Notes under the pieces: generated by a model
What the model was told of the DNA's origin: nothing
Database searches by the model: none
What the model saw: the letters and a program-made list of their open reading frames with translations, nothing else
Translations under genes and position numbers: made by a program
Origin: an uncultured Gammaproteobacteria bacterium
GTDB taxonomy: Bacteria; Patescibacteriota; Microgenomatia; Levybacterales; UBA12049
DNA length: 64,000 nucleotides
NCBI GenBank assembly: GCA_964497535.1
Contig: CAZCCG010000002.1
Location: 234,972 to 298,971 of the forward strand
Reading direction: 5' to 3'
Shown here: piece by piece, positions 40,322 through 50,434 of the stretch
Layout: every line of letters starts with the position of its first letter
Position numbering within the stretch: position 1 is the first letter of the stretch

Positions 40322-41875
40322 CTAAATATGAAATCCTTTATTGTGTAGTATCTTTAATTGTACCGCATTCATCTCTTCTAATTTAGTCTTTTTTATCAAT
40401 AGACAGGTTGGTTTCGTAGTAAAGTATACCTGAATATATTTCTTTTTAATATCCTCTTCTATTGATGATTTTGCAAGGGGTGTATTACATACATTCACAC
40501 TATAATAAAACGACGGCGCATTCTTTTCAAACATACTTCGACGCTCTGAGTTGAACGTGTTAAGTGAAAATACTACTGGGTAAAATATATTATATTGATA
40601 ACTGGAGGGTAACTTTGCTTCTTCATAAACCAGACTATCCCATCCTTCCACAAAAAGGGTATCTCCTCGAGCTGACAAAGATTTTATTAAGCTTCCCATA
40701 CTGGAAAACTGTGCATAGTTATAGTTGAAGTCCTTATTTCTATCTGTTTTTTGAATCAATAGCTGAAGTGGGCTTACCAATACAATAATACTCACCAAAA
40801 TACCCAGAATGAGAAATATCTTTTTATCTTCGACATATTGAAGGAGGTAAACGCAACTTGTTATTAAACATCCATACCATATCATCATATGGAAAGCTTC
40901 ATAAAATTGTATTCCTGGTGTGATGATTCTGATACCTGCCAGTGCTAATACTACCAGTATGAAAAGTATAAGTTTTAGCTTATTTTTAAATAGGATAGAA
41001 ATCTCGCAGAGGAAAAATGCAGATAGAGCCATTGTAGTAACTCTAAAAAGATTTAATTTTCCTTCGATAAATATAACAAGTGGATAAAAAATGATCTTTA
41101 AAATTCCCACTCCGAAAATATTACTGCTTCTTGCTTCCGCAGCTGCAATAGTCTCTGAATTAAGTATTATGACCTGATATACAAAATCAAGGGAATCTAC
41201 TGATAGGAATGTACAGAGAGATAAGAAGAAAAATGTAATTATAGAAATAATTTTTTCCTTTTTATTATTCTTATTAAAAAGTATGAAGCCGTATAAAATA
41301 AGAGCTAACGGTATATAAGGTTCTCTCATCCAAATTATAAACCAGACGAAAATTCCACTCAGAATATAATCAAAATTTTTCAATTTAATAGAGTCAAGCT
41401 TAAGTAAATTCAGATAAAAAAGATAAATTACAGAATATACAATAAGTGATTCTGCCAAAAAAAGATTACCAAAAAGATAATATTTAATTGATTCAAATAG
41501 TATAAAGATAACCAGACCTTTAAATCGAAATCGATACGTCAGAAGTCCTGCCATTACTGTTGAGAAGAAAATAACAAACAGTCTATGGAATAAAATCAAT
41601 TTATATAAATTATGCGGATCTAGAAACTTTTGTATCAAAAAACTTATATACACAATAAGAATTTGGTGATTAAAAAATATGCTGGAATATAACTTCTCCC
41701 CCTGCAGAAGAAAATATGCGGCAATAATATTGTTCCATTCATCGATGAAACTAAAAGAGACACTTTTTTTGAAATAAATGTATCCAAAGAAAACTGAGAA
41801 AACAATCCAGAGAAGAAATAAAATTGCTTCTTTTTTTTTGGCATGATTTATAATTTTTTTTATAGAATTATTCAT
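40322..41875 (-). CDS. Multi-TM probable GT-C
   Basis: FIDEWNN..GEKLYSSIFFNH, LAES. Very AT-rich. Confidence 0.7.
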   Translation of the reverse strand: MNNSIKKIINHAKKKEAILFLLWIVFSVFFGYIYFKKSVSFSFIDEWNNIIAAYFLLQGEKLYSSIFFNHQILIVYISFLIQKFLDPHNLYKLILFHRLFVIFFSTVMAGLLTYRFRFKGLVIFILFESIKYYLFGNLFLAESLIVYSVIYLFYLNLLKLDSIKLKNFDYILSGIFVWFIIWMREPYIPLALILYGFILFNKNNKKEKIISIITFFFLSLCTFLSVDSLDFVYQVIILNSETIAAAEARSSNIFGVGILKIIFYPLVIFIEGKLNLFRVTTMALSAFFLCEISILFKNKLKLILFILVVLALAGIRIITPGIQFYEAFHMMIWYGCLITSCVYLLQYVEDKKIFLILGILVSIIVLVSPLQLLIQKTDRNKDFNYNYAQFSSMGSLIKSLSARGDTLFVEGWDSLVYEEAKLPSSYQYNIFYPVVFSLNTFNSERRSMFEKNAPSFYYSVNVCNTPLAKSSIEEDIKKKYIQVYFTTKPTCLLIKKTKLEEMNAVQLKILHNKGFHI

Positions 41876-43827
41876 GGTAGTACTTGCAAGATCGTCACTG
41901 CGTTATTTGAAAAAACTTTTTTAGTAAATTGGTTGTTCTCCTTTGCCTTGAGTGATGAATGAGCGGTAAGATAAATATAATGAATTGAATTTTTCAATAA
42001 CAATGACTGAACTTCGAGAGAATTTCGGTCAGAAAATATATGTTCGGAAATCATTTTTTTTGATTGTGTGTCTACTCCTCTATCCCCCGGTTCTCCGCCG
42101 TTGCATACAAACAGAGGCCTTTTTGAAAAAATGCTAATGTAATTACACGTTGCGCTAAAGCCTAACCCTACCTCATCAGTGACGATCAGAGAATCGACCG
42201 GGGTATGGTTCTTGAGAAAATTGAGTGCTTGAATTTCTTGATTTTCAATTACAAAACCCCGATGATTTATAATCTCTTCAATAGTAACACTTTCTGAGAT
42301 TAGCATCCTGGGAAGCGTAAGAACTACCACCATTATAACTATAATTGGCCTCATTCCCGAAGGTAGTTTTGGAATCCAGTAGGAATAAGCACAAGCAGCA
42401 TATAACGACAGGACAATAAAAATTGTAATAATAAATTGAGAGGAATTTGAACCTCCTGTTTTTTGAATAAAGAAAAACCCAAGAAATGCGCTTATAACGA
42501 TTCCTGAAAGTAAGAATATATTGAGTTCTTTTGGAAAGAGTGTTAGTGACCGCTTGGTTTGAAAAAAAGAAGCACACAATGTGCCAAAGATTGTAATACC
42601 ATATAAAAGACTATAGATACCATCATATGATAAAACACGAAGCCAACTATGATGCGCCACATATACCATACGCGCCAGTTCAAATTTTCCCAGATTAAAA
42701 ACAGGTTGAGCGATATAATTTTCTACTCTCCAAAATCCGGTAAATATTAATCCTCCGGCATCCGCATTTACCGGTATATACAAAGCAAGGCCTATTATTC
42801 CCGCAATAAAAAGCGGTACCAATGCTCTATACCCTCTTCGTAGTAAAAAATAAAATCCTAATATCACCAAACCTCCCAAAGCGAAAATTCCCATATATGT
42901 TTTAATACTGATCAAACTTCCGAAAACGAAAGCCATAAGTATACCCTGATATATATTTTTTTTCGAAATCCACAAGACCAGCAAGCTCAAACCCGTGAAA
43001 AAAATTGGAATAGCAAGTGCACGAGAAGGACTAATCCATAATTGCGATGCATTGTATAAGAAGAAGAAATCTAAATTGAGATGCCTGGTAAGTATAAGTA
43101 TAAAGAGATAAATAATATCACCACTGAAATATAAGAAAAATAACAGGAAACTAATAAATAGTTTCTTTGCTTTGATAAGTTGACAGAAAACCACGGCGGT
43201 AGCTCCGATACCAACAGTAATTAATAAGGAGAAATACTGATAAAATGTAGATAAAAGGGGCAGTGAAAAAACCCGTACCATATCGGCAACAACAATATTG
43301 GTAAAGAAGTGATAATTTTTTAAAGCAACTCCATATATTCCCGGTTCCTGTGGCGGAAATGAATGTACCAATTCATTGGTTAATGCCAATTGATATAACG
43401 TATCAGGAATACCACAACAAAAATATATCCCTTCTTTCGTAAGTAAGCCATTGGGCCAGATAAATGCCAGTTGAGCAAGCGAACCAACTAGAATAAGCGC
43501 TATGATCCCTTTCTTTTGTTGAGTCCTCTGTGGATTTTTTAACCTATTGAAAATTTCTATTAATTGAAAACGGTAAAACCGCAGCCATAAAAAAAATGAT
43601 AAAAAAACATATATATAACTAATCCAGCGGATATGGAAAAAACCACCCACCTCTCCTACCAACCCCCATACTACTAATCCTAAGAATGTGCCAATAACCA
43701 GCTTTTGGAACAAGGTTAAAGATATTTTTCTGAGGAGAAATTGGCCGGGTATAGTAAATATGAGGTATGCAACAACGAAAAATAAAACAAGATTGAACCA
43801 AAAAAACGGGTCAGTTAATGTAAGCAT
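41872..43827 (-). CDS. Multi-TM probable GT-C
   Basis: PDTLYQLAL..FPPQEP..NYHFF, about 13 TMs, C-terminal ALNFLKNHTP..IHYIY soluble domain. Confidence 0.68.
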   Translation of the reverse strand: MLTLTDPFFWFNLVLFFVVAYLIFTIPGQFLLRKISLTLFQKLVIGTFLGLVVWGLVGEVGGFFHIRWISYIYVFLSFFLWLRFYRFQLIEIFNRLKNPQRTQQKKGIIALILVGSLAQLAFIWPNGLLTKEGIYFCCGIPDTLYQLALTNELVHSFPPQEPGIYGVALKNYHFFTNIVVADMVRVFSLPLLSTFYQYFSLLITVGIGATAVVFCQLIKAKKLFISFLLFFLYFSGDIIYLFILILTRHLNLDFFFLYNASQLWISPSRALAIPIFFTGLSLLVLWISKKNIYQGILMAFVFGSLISIKTYMGIFALGGLVILGFYFLLRRGYRALVPLFIAGIIGLALYIPVNADAGGLIFTGFWRVENYIAQPVFNLGKFELARMVYVAHHSWLRVLSYDGIYSLLYGITIFGTLCASFFQTKRSLTLFPKELNIFLLSGIVISAFLGFFFIQKTGGSNSSQFIITIFIVLSLYAACAYSYWIPKLPSGMRPIIVIMVVVLTLPRMLISESVTIEEIINHRGFVIENQEIQALNFLKNHTPVDSLIVTDEVGLGFSATCNYISIFSKRPLFVCNGGEPGDRGVDTQSKKMISEHIFSDRNSLEVQSLLLKNSIHYIYLTAHSSLKAKENNQFTKKVFSNNAVTILQVLP

Positions 43828-43848
43828 AGGTTCTCTAAGGATTAATTT

Positions 43849-44766
43849 TTATAGACTGCCTTTCCCCCATTTTCCCCGGAAAAAATCGATTATTCCTTTT
43901 TTTTGGTTTTTCCTCCCTATAAATAAGTACATACATCCTTGTTTTAACAATGCTATTTTTGCTCTGGTTGATGCATAGGTAATACCAAAAAGCATCCGAT
44001 TGCGGGTTATAAAGTAATCTTGCAACTGCGACCCCGATCCTCCCGTCGAACCCGCATTTTTGTGCCAGATAATTGACTGAGGAACATACTCAACTTTGAA
44101 ACCTCCATTTTTAATCCGCTTGGATATATCATTGTCTTCATAATACAAAAAATATCGCTCATCAAATAACCCGATTTTTCCAAGCACTTCCCGGGTAAAT
44201 AGAATACAACACCCTGTTAAAAAATCTGTCTCCATCTGCATATCATATTGACCATGGTCTACTTCATCTACACCACGATGAGAAGCCAAAACATTTTCCC
44301 AATCCATAACTCCTCCAGCGTACCAAATAACCTTCCCTAATTCTTTTTCGTCATATCGATCTGCATGGAATTCATATCCTTTGGCAAAATAGATTTTGGG
44401 GCTAACGGCCCCAATAGTATTATCTTTATCTATCGCAATTATGAGCTTTCTTACAAATCCCGGATCAACATAGGTATCGTTATTCAACACCATAATATAA
44501 TCATTCCCATTTTTTAGAGCGGCAGTAATTCCGGTATTCATTCCTCCGGCAAATCCAAGGTTTTTTGAATTATTTATTATTACAATTTTTTCTTTCAGTT
44601 TATTTCTCTTCAAATGATCAATATCAAAAGCACCTTCTAAGGTATTGTTAACAATATACAGAGTAAGTTCGATTCCTGAGGTATCAATATCCTGCAAAGA
44701 GTCAAGACATTCTAACGTTTGGTTTTCAAATTTATAATTAAGAAGAATTATTGCGACTTTTTTCAT
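43849..44766 (-). CDS. GT2 glycosyltransferase (WbbL-like)
   Basis: NLGFAGGMN, LNNDT, FDERYFLYYEDND. Confidence 0.92.
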   Translation of the reverse strand: MKKVAIILLNYKFENQTLECLDSLQDIDTSGIELTLYIVNNTLEGAFDIDHLKRNKLKEKIVIINNSKNLGFAGGMNTGITAALKNGNDYIMVLNNDTYVDPGFVRKLIIAIDKDNTIGAVSPKIYFAKGYEFHADRYDEKELGKVIWYAGGVMDWENVLASHRGVDEVDHGQYDMQMETDFLTGCCILFTREVLGKIGLFDERYFLYYEDNDISKRIKNGGFKVEYVPQSIIWHKNAGSTGGSGSQLQDYFITRNRMLFGITYASTRAKIALLKQGCMYLFIGRKNQKKGIIDFFRGKWGKGSL

Positions 44767-44767
44767 G

Positions 44768-46225
44768 TTACTTTTTTAAATTTTCTTTAATGAATTTAAT
44801 ATCGGCTATAATTTGGTTTTTGCTGAAGAGAAATAAGGTACCTAGGTAAACTAACCCTCCACATGCGATCATCAAGACCAATAAATAAATATTGTGTATT
44901 ACCAAAGGATTGAGTATATACAAAACGACACCCATAATAATGGTACTCAGAAGTGGACTTTTGATAGCAGATACTATATTAAAATCCACATATCGTTTGG
45001 CTATTAAGATAAGCGGAATTACCGATACATTAATTATAGCTGTAATGGCAGGAAAGGCATTGAAACCATAGAGATGAATTCCAATGGGGGTAGCAATCCA
45101 AATAAAGACAGTCCAACCAACCATAAAATATAACGTAATTTTAATTTTTCCTATCGCGTTGAGTAAATTTGTGATTGGTATAAGCATAGCAGCAAGTAAA
45201 ATATTCATACCGAAAAAGATAAAAGCCAAAAGAGCCGGCTCCCATTTATGATATTTGGGAATAATTGCAATGATATAGGGCACGATTAATACTAATCCCA
45301 CTACTCCGGGGAATACAAGAGCAGTACTGGCAAAAAGAGACTTTTCAAGTGCAGCCCCCAGCGCTTTTTTGTCATGCTGAAGTCTAGCAAATGAAGAAAA
45401 GGTGATACGGGTAATATTATCTGTGACGATTCGAAGAGGAACATACGTCCACTTCTGGGCAAAGGAGATATATCCGAGCTGATAATCGGGGAGAACTTTA
45501 CCTAAAAATACTGAAGTGAATAAATTATCTTTTATCAATGCTAAAATACTATTAGTCTGAAAAGGAACTCCATAAGAAAGTAAATGCCTCAGTGCCTTAA
45601 TAGAAAAACCAGGCTTAATTGTCCATGGAAAGATAATATACATAGCAATCAGCCCCGAAACTGCACGAACTAATACCGCAATAGAAAAACTATTAATCCC
45701 AAACCCTTTATAAGCCAAACCGACAAGCACCACTGTATAACAAATCGTCTCTACAACTTGAGGAATAACAAATTTATCATATTGCAAATTCCGTTCCATC
45801 AAAATAGAAGGAATTGTCTTAAGCGTTGAGATAAAAAAAGCAATTACAAAAGCTTGCAGTAAAAAGATAGCTTCCTGAGGAAAATGATAAAAATCCCTGA
45901 TTTGATTGGATAATAGAAAAACAAGAACTACTATGACCAATACAATTCCTTCCTGAACTACAAAGGTCGTAGAAAGCTCTTCATCCGTAATAGGATCTTT
46001 TTTTTGGATAAGAGCTCCTCCGAGTCCGATATCTGAAATATATCCTAGAATGCCGACAAATCCTTCTACAATAAAATAAACGCCATAGATAGCAGGAGTC
46101 AAAAGTGCCGCGAGTATCGCATCTCTGCCGAAATTAACCGACTGTATAAATATAGAGCGAGAAACGAATGCAGCTATTCCTTTAATAGAACGACGCGCAA
46201 CCAGTATTGGATCAAAGTCATCCAT
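44768..46225 (-). CDS. Wzx-type polysaccharide flippase (WzxC-like)
   Basis: LLTPAIYG, DIGLGGALIQ, about 12-14 TMs. Confidence 0.88.
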   Translation of the reverse strand: MDDFDPILVARRSIKGIAAFVSRSIFIQSVNFGRDAILAALLTPAIYGVYFIVEGFVGILGYISDIGLGGALIQKKDPITDEELSTTFVVQEGIVLVIVVLVFLLSNQIRDFYHFPQEAIFLLQAFVIAFFISTLKTIPSILMERNLQYDKFVIPQVVETICYTVVLVGLAYKGFGINSFSIAVLVRAVSGLIAMYIIFPWTIKPGFSIKALRHLLSYGVPFQTNSILALIKDNLFTSVFLGKVLPDYQLGYISFAQKWTYVPLRIVTDNITRITFSSFARLQHDKKALGAALEKSLFASTALVFPGVVGLVLIVPYIIAIIPKYHKWEPALLAFIFFGMNILLAAMLIPITNLLNAIGKIKITLYFMVGWTVFIWIATPIGIHLYGFNAFPAITAIINVSVIPLILIAKRYVDFNIVSAIKSPLLSTIIMGVVLYILNPLVIHNIYLLVLMIACGGLVYLGTLFLFSKNQIIADIKFIKENLKK

Positions 46226-46976
46226 AAGTATGATTCATTTTAGATTTCCTTAGGTTTTCCCAGGGTCTTGTTTTCAACAAACGCCCCATTGTGGCAATAT
46301 CACCGGTAATAGTTGATAATAACCGTACGGTTGAACCGGGATTATCTATCCAATGCACGGGTTCTTCATATATTTTATACCCGCTTTTTTCCGCAACAAT
46401 TAAAAGTTCTCCATCAAAAAACCAGTCATTATCCAAAATCTTTGGGATTAAATTATCCACCACATTTTTGCGTACGGCTTTAAACCCACACTGAGCATCG
46501 GTAAAATGAGTATGGAATAAAAGTTGAATAAAAAAGAAATTAAGTATTCGGGAAGTGAACTCTCGAAGAGGTGTTCTTCCTTCCACATGTGCTCCCTTTG
46601 CAAGCCGTGATCCAATAGCAATATCATACTCTTTTTCAAGCTTTTCCAATAGTTTTGGCAGGTGCAACAAATCAGTAGAAAGATCTAAATCCATGTATAC
46701 GCAAAAATCGCTCAAAGATTGGCTCCATGCCCGTTTGATTGCCCTCCCTCTCCCCTTTTGCTCCAATCGTAACAGAGATAAATGGGGATTTTTTTTCGTC
46801 AGCGTTGCCGCAATAACCGGAGTATTATCGGACGAGGCGTTGTCCGCAATTGTTATGTGCCAATCGTACTGTTTTAAATGCTTGGTGCAAAAATCAATCA
46901 AGGTTGTAATATGCTGTTCAATTTCTTTTTCTTCATTATAGGTAGGTATAGTAATTTCCACAGTCTTTTTTTTCAT
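46218..46976 (-). CDS. GT2, dolichyl-phosphate beta-glucosyltransferase-like
   Basis: IPTYNEE, ADNASSD, KGRGRA, YMDLDLST, DAQCGFKA, WFFDGELL. Confidence 0.9.
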   Translation of the reverse strand: MKKKTVEITIPTYNEEKEIEQHITTLIDFCTKHLKQYDWHITIADNASSDNTPVIAATLTKKNPHLSLLRLEQKGRGRAIKRAWSQSLSDFCVYMDLDLSTDLLHLPKLLEKLEKEYDIAIGSRLAKGAHVEGRTPLREFTSRILNFFFIQLLFHTHFTDAQCGFKAVRKNVVDNLIPKILDNDWFFDGELLIVAEKSGYKIYEEPVHWIDNPGSTVRLLSTITGDIATMGRLLKTRPWENLRKSKMNHTYG

Positions 46977-48703
46977 TTGATATGTTTCTTTTTTGTTACT
47001 AGAAAAATTGTATAGATCAAAACTGAAATCAATGCAAGAAATGTAAGAATGTTACCGGTTCTTCTATATAACGTATCAGTAAATTTCGCTTCTATGTTAT
47101 ACATCCCCGGAGACAGATTAATAGTGATGAGCTTGAGTTTATTATTGCTACTATATTGTATTTGTTTTCCATTTGCAAATACAACCCATCCTGGAAAGGT
47201 ATAGGTATTTAAGCTGACTGTACCGGGACTATGGACTGTCATTTTATATTGTTTTGTTTGGGGATTATTTTTTAAAACATCTACATCTATATCACCTGAC
47301 AAAACCGTATATGCCGCTGTGGCAATTTGATCTTGTCTTACATCAATTACAGAATTTCCAATATCTGATTTTTTAGTGGCAATACCTTTGGGGGTATATT
47401 CAAAGGCCATAATACTGGTACGCCACCGTAATACACTCTGGCTGATATAGCTATTATCTGTAACCTCGGACAAATACTTGCTCGGGACAAAAAATTGCTG
47501 GTTTACTGCAATAATCAATACTATCGCAACTGCAATTCCCCATAATCGATATGTGCGTTTCAAGGGCAACAATTCTATAGATGCAATTAGAAACGAGAGA
47601 GTAAATGCCGATAATACTAAAAAGCGCCAGGGAAATTGGATATACGAAAATGCCTGCAAGATATCCCAAATCGGCTTCGAATAAACAGTTTGAATGAATA
47701 AAGAAAATAAGAACATTCCCCAAAAAATGACCAAAACAGTGGCATACTTCTTTTTTTTAAGAATCGTGTATAAAGTAGCAACTGCCGCCACCACACCCAA
47801 AACCAGCTGAACCTTTCCTACCTCAAATGACAACCCATCATCACAATTATAAAGAGACCCTCCATACCCCCAGGGAGAATTAAAAAACTGTTTGACACAG
47901 ACAAAATGAAGATTATAATCTGCTAATTCTGTAGTCAATAAATCAACCATAGTAAACTTTTTCTCCATCACTGCCGGAAGCAAAAAATAAGCACTCAGAC
48001 AAAGTGCCAGAATACCGCTTACCAATACTCCAATGACAAATTTTTTCTTTTGTTTTGTTGTGATCCAAAGAAAAATAAGATAGATCCCGATAAAAAGGAC
48101 GCTCATCATCATAATCAGGTTATGGGCAAGTACAAAAGAGGCTAAAGCAACTCCTGCTGCGATAGCCCAATAGAACTTCTGGGTATGATAAAACCGGGTA
48201 TATGCCCAAAAAACCAATGGAATTGCTACAAAAGACCATGCTTCGGGAAATGCCCCTCGTACATAAATATCTACGGAATGATAGGGTGCATATAAATAGG
48301 CAACAGAGGCAAGAAGTGACCCTGCTTTTCCAAAGTATTCCCGACAGAATAAATACATGAAGATCGCGGAAAGAATAAAGCCAATACCTACCATTATTTT
48401 TATCGACCAGATATAGGAGACCCCCATGAGCCTGAATAGTTCAGCAATGTAGTATACGAGTGGTGGATAAAAATTAAAGAGCGGATAATCGTAGCCAAAC
48501 CCTAAATCTTGAGCTAATCTGGGAGGAATATGCCCCGCGCGAACATCCTGGTCAATTTCATATAACCTCCCCACCTGCTCATCATCGTGGATAGGAAAAA
48601 ACCCTACATGAAACAACGGTTGTATAGTAAAAAAAGATATAAGAATAATAAGGAGGTACATGATATATTCCTTCTGTTTGATAAAAGAAAAAATATTTTT
48701 CAT
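46973..48703 (-). CDS. GT-C / YfhO-like ('PTPS-related') membrane protein
   Basis: FPIHDDEQ..PPR..GFGYDYPLFNFYPP, YVRGA..E, QFPWR, FPGW. Start moved to the ATGA overlap at 48703. Confidence 0.8.
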   Translation of the reverse strand: MKNIFSFIKQKEYIMYLLIILISFFTIQPLFHVGFFPIHDDEQVGRLYEIDQDVRAGHIPPRLAQDLGFGYDYPLFNFYPPLVYYIAELFRLMGVSYIWSIKIMVGIGFILSAIFMYLFCREYFGKAGSLLASVAYLYAPYHSVDIYVRGAFPEAWSFVAIPLVFWAYTRFYHTQKFYWAIAAGVALASFVLAHNLIMMMSVLFIGIYLIFLWITTKQKKKFVIGVLVSGILALCLSAYFLLPAVMEKKFTMVDLLTTELADYNLHFVCVKQFFNSPWGYGGSLYNCDDGLSFEVGKVQLVLGVVAAVATLYTILKKKKYATVLVIFWGMFLFSLFIQTVYSKPIWDILQAFSYIQFPWRFLVLSAFTLSFLIASIELLPLKRTYRLWGIAVAIVLIIAVNQQFFVPSKYLSEVTDNSYISQSVLRWRTSIMAFEYTPKGIATKKSDIGNSVIDVRQDQIATAAYTVLSGDIDVDVLKNNPQTKQYKMTVHSPGTVSLNTYTFPGWVVFANGKQIQYSSNNKLKLITINLSPGMYNIEAKFTDTLYRRTGNILTFLALISVLIYTIFLVTKKKHIK

Positions 48704-50430
48704 ATAGTATGCTTTTTTCGGTTGAACCGCTTTACTGCTTCTGTCTTTAACGTAAGATTTGGTTGAAACTTTCCTGGCAGGAATAACCAAATCAATAAAA
48801 ATAGTATTCCCAAAAGTGTTACTACATCAGCTGTCATACGAAGCGGTGTTTCCGTAAACTTAGCCTGAATTGTAGAACTCCCACTACCCAACGGAATTTC
48901 CATAAGACCCTGGCTATTATTATAAGAGATAGGGACACTTTTTCCATTGACCCAAATTGTCCACCCCGGATAATAAATAGTATTGAAACGCACGGTACCA
49001 GGATGATTCATGGATGATTGGAAAGAAATATTTTTTGAATTAAAAACAACATGGGAGATATTCCCGTTTCCATTGATTAAAAATACTTTTTCTTTCGGCC
49101 AGTTAGTTGGAAATTGCTTGACCCAAAGCGGCATAAATTCAAAAGAAGCAGTAGTTGTAGCATCATTAGTACTGTAATAAGAATCATCCCGTGTAGTAAA
49201 TGATATGGGTTTGGTGTATGGCAAAACAAAAAATACTCCTGCCAACGATATTCCCATCACCAGATATCGCAACTTCGGTATTGTTCCCAAATATCCGGCT
49301 CCGAGTGAAACCAAAAAGCCGATAATACCAAGCATGGTCCAAGGAAAAGTTATATCTTTCATAATGGGAATAATTTTCCATAAAAAGTTTGATGGTGGAA
49401 ATAGGAAAAATATAAAAATGAGGATCAAAATTGAAAAAAACAAACTCAAACGAAATGATACGGTTGTTTTCTTTTTTTTATTTTTCACAAAAATTATAAT
49501 AAGTGTAATGATTCCTACGATATATGCAATAAGTTGAGTAATACCAAGCTGATAGGTAAACCCATCTTTTTGAGAAGGACTTCCATACCCCCAGGAAGGA
49601 AGAATAAATTGCTGAATTGAAACAAAAAAATTATCCCGGACCGCGATGGGAATTTTTGCAAAAAGAACATTATTTTTTTCAATCAGTGCCGGAAGCCAAA
49701 AATAACAGGACAAAATAATTCCAAATACCATAGTTAGTATCAACGAAACCGCACTTTTATTTTTTCCTGAGACAAAGAGTGCCGCAATCGTGATAACCAT
49801 TGCCATAGAGAAGTATAAAAACATAATATTATGGGTAAGAACTAACGCTCCATACGAAAAAGCGGATATCAAAAGAGGGATTTTAGAAAAGGGCTTTTCG
49901 TACTGTTTTACCATACCCCAGGCAATTAGAGGGAATAATATAAAAGCAACCGATTCACCCAAGGATCCTCTTACATAAAGATCCACAAATCGATAGGGTA
50001 AAAAAACAAACAAAAACATGCTGATAAATCCTGCATAGGTACTTTTCCATAGTGCTTTTGAAGCACAAAAGATAAAGTAAGCTGAAAAAACCATACTGGC
50101 AATAAAGAGTATTTTTATACTATTTATGAATCCGAAATGTATTACATGTAAAACCGTTGTAAGGTAGTAAGGAAATGGATACGCAAAGTTAAAAAGCGGA
50201 TATCCATATCCATGATTGAGCACCCCGGAATAACGGGGAGGAATTTGCATATCTTTTATCTCCCGATACATATCTGCTGCACGGACTACTGCCCACTCGC
50301 CATCATGGGTTGTAAAGTACCCTTCCTGAAAAAACGGAAGCAAAAGAGGAATAGATATAATAACTGCAATAACAAAAGCAGCAAGGTAGAGGTATATCCC
50401 TGTTGTATATTTCAAAACTTGTGTTTTCAT
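48700..50430 (-). CDS. GT-C / YfhO-like ('PTPS-related') membrane protein, paralog of the neighbour
   Basis: FTTHDGEW..PPR..GYGYPLFNF, YVRGSLGE, FPW, YYPGW. Confidence 0.8.
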   Translation of the reverse strand: MKTQVLKYTTGIYLYLAAFVIAVIISIPLLLPFFQEGYFTTHDGEWAVVRAADMYREIKDMQIPPRYSGVLNHGYGYPLFNFAYPFPYYLTTVLHVIHFGFINSIKILFIASMVFSAYFIFCASKALWKSTYAGFISMFLFVFLPYRFVDLYVRGSLGESVAFILFPLIAWGMVKQYEKPFSKIPLLISAFSYGALVLTHNIMFLYFSMAMVITIAALFVSGKNKSAVSLILTMVFGIILSCYFWLPALIEKNNVLFAKIPIAVRDNFFVSIQQFILPSWGYGSPSQKDGFTYQLGITQLIAYIVGIITLIIIFVKNKKKKTTVSFRLSLFFSILILIFIFFLFPPSNFLWKIIPIMKDITFPWTMLGIIGFLVSLGAGYLGTIPKLRYLVMGISLAGVFFVLPYTKPISFTTRDDSYYSTNDATTTASFEFMPLWVKQFPTNWPKEKVFLINGNGNISHVVFNSKNISFQSSMNHPGTVRFNTIYYPGWTIWVNGKSVPISYNNSQGLMEIPLGSGSSTIQAKFTETPLRMTADVVTLLGILFLLIWLFLPGKFQPNLTLKTEAVKRFNRKKHTI

Positions 50431-50434
50431 GAAG

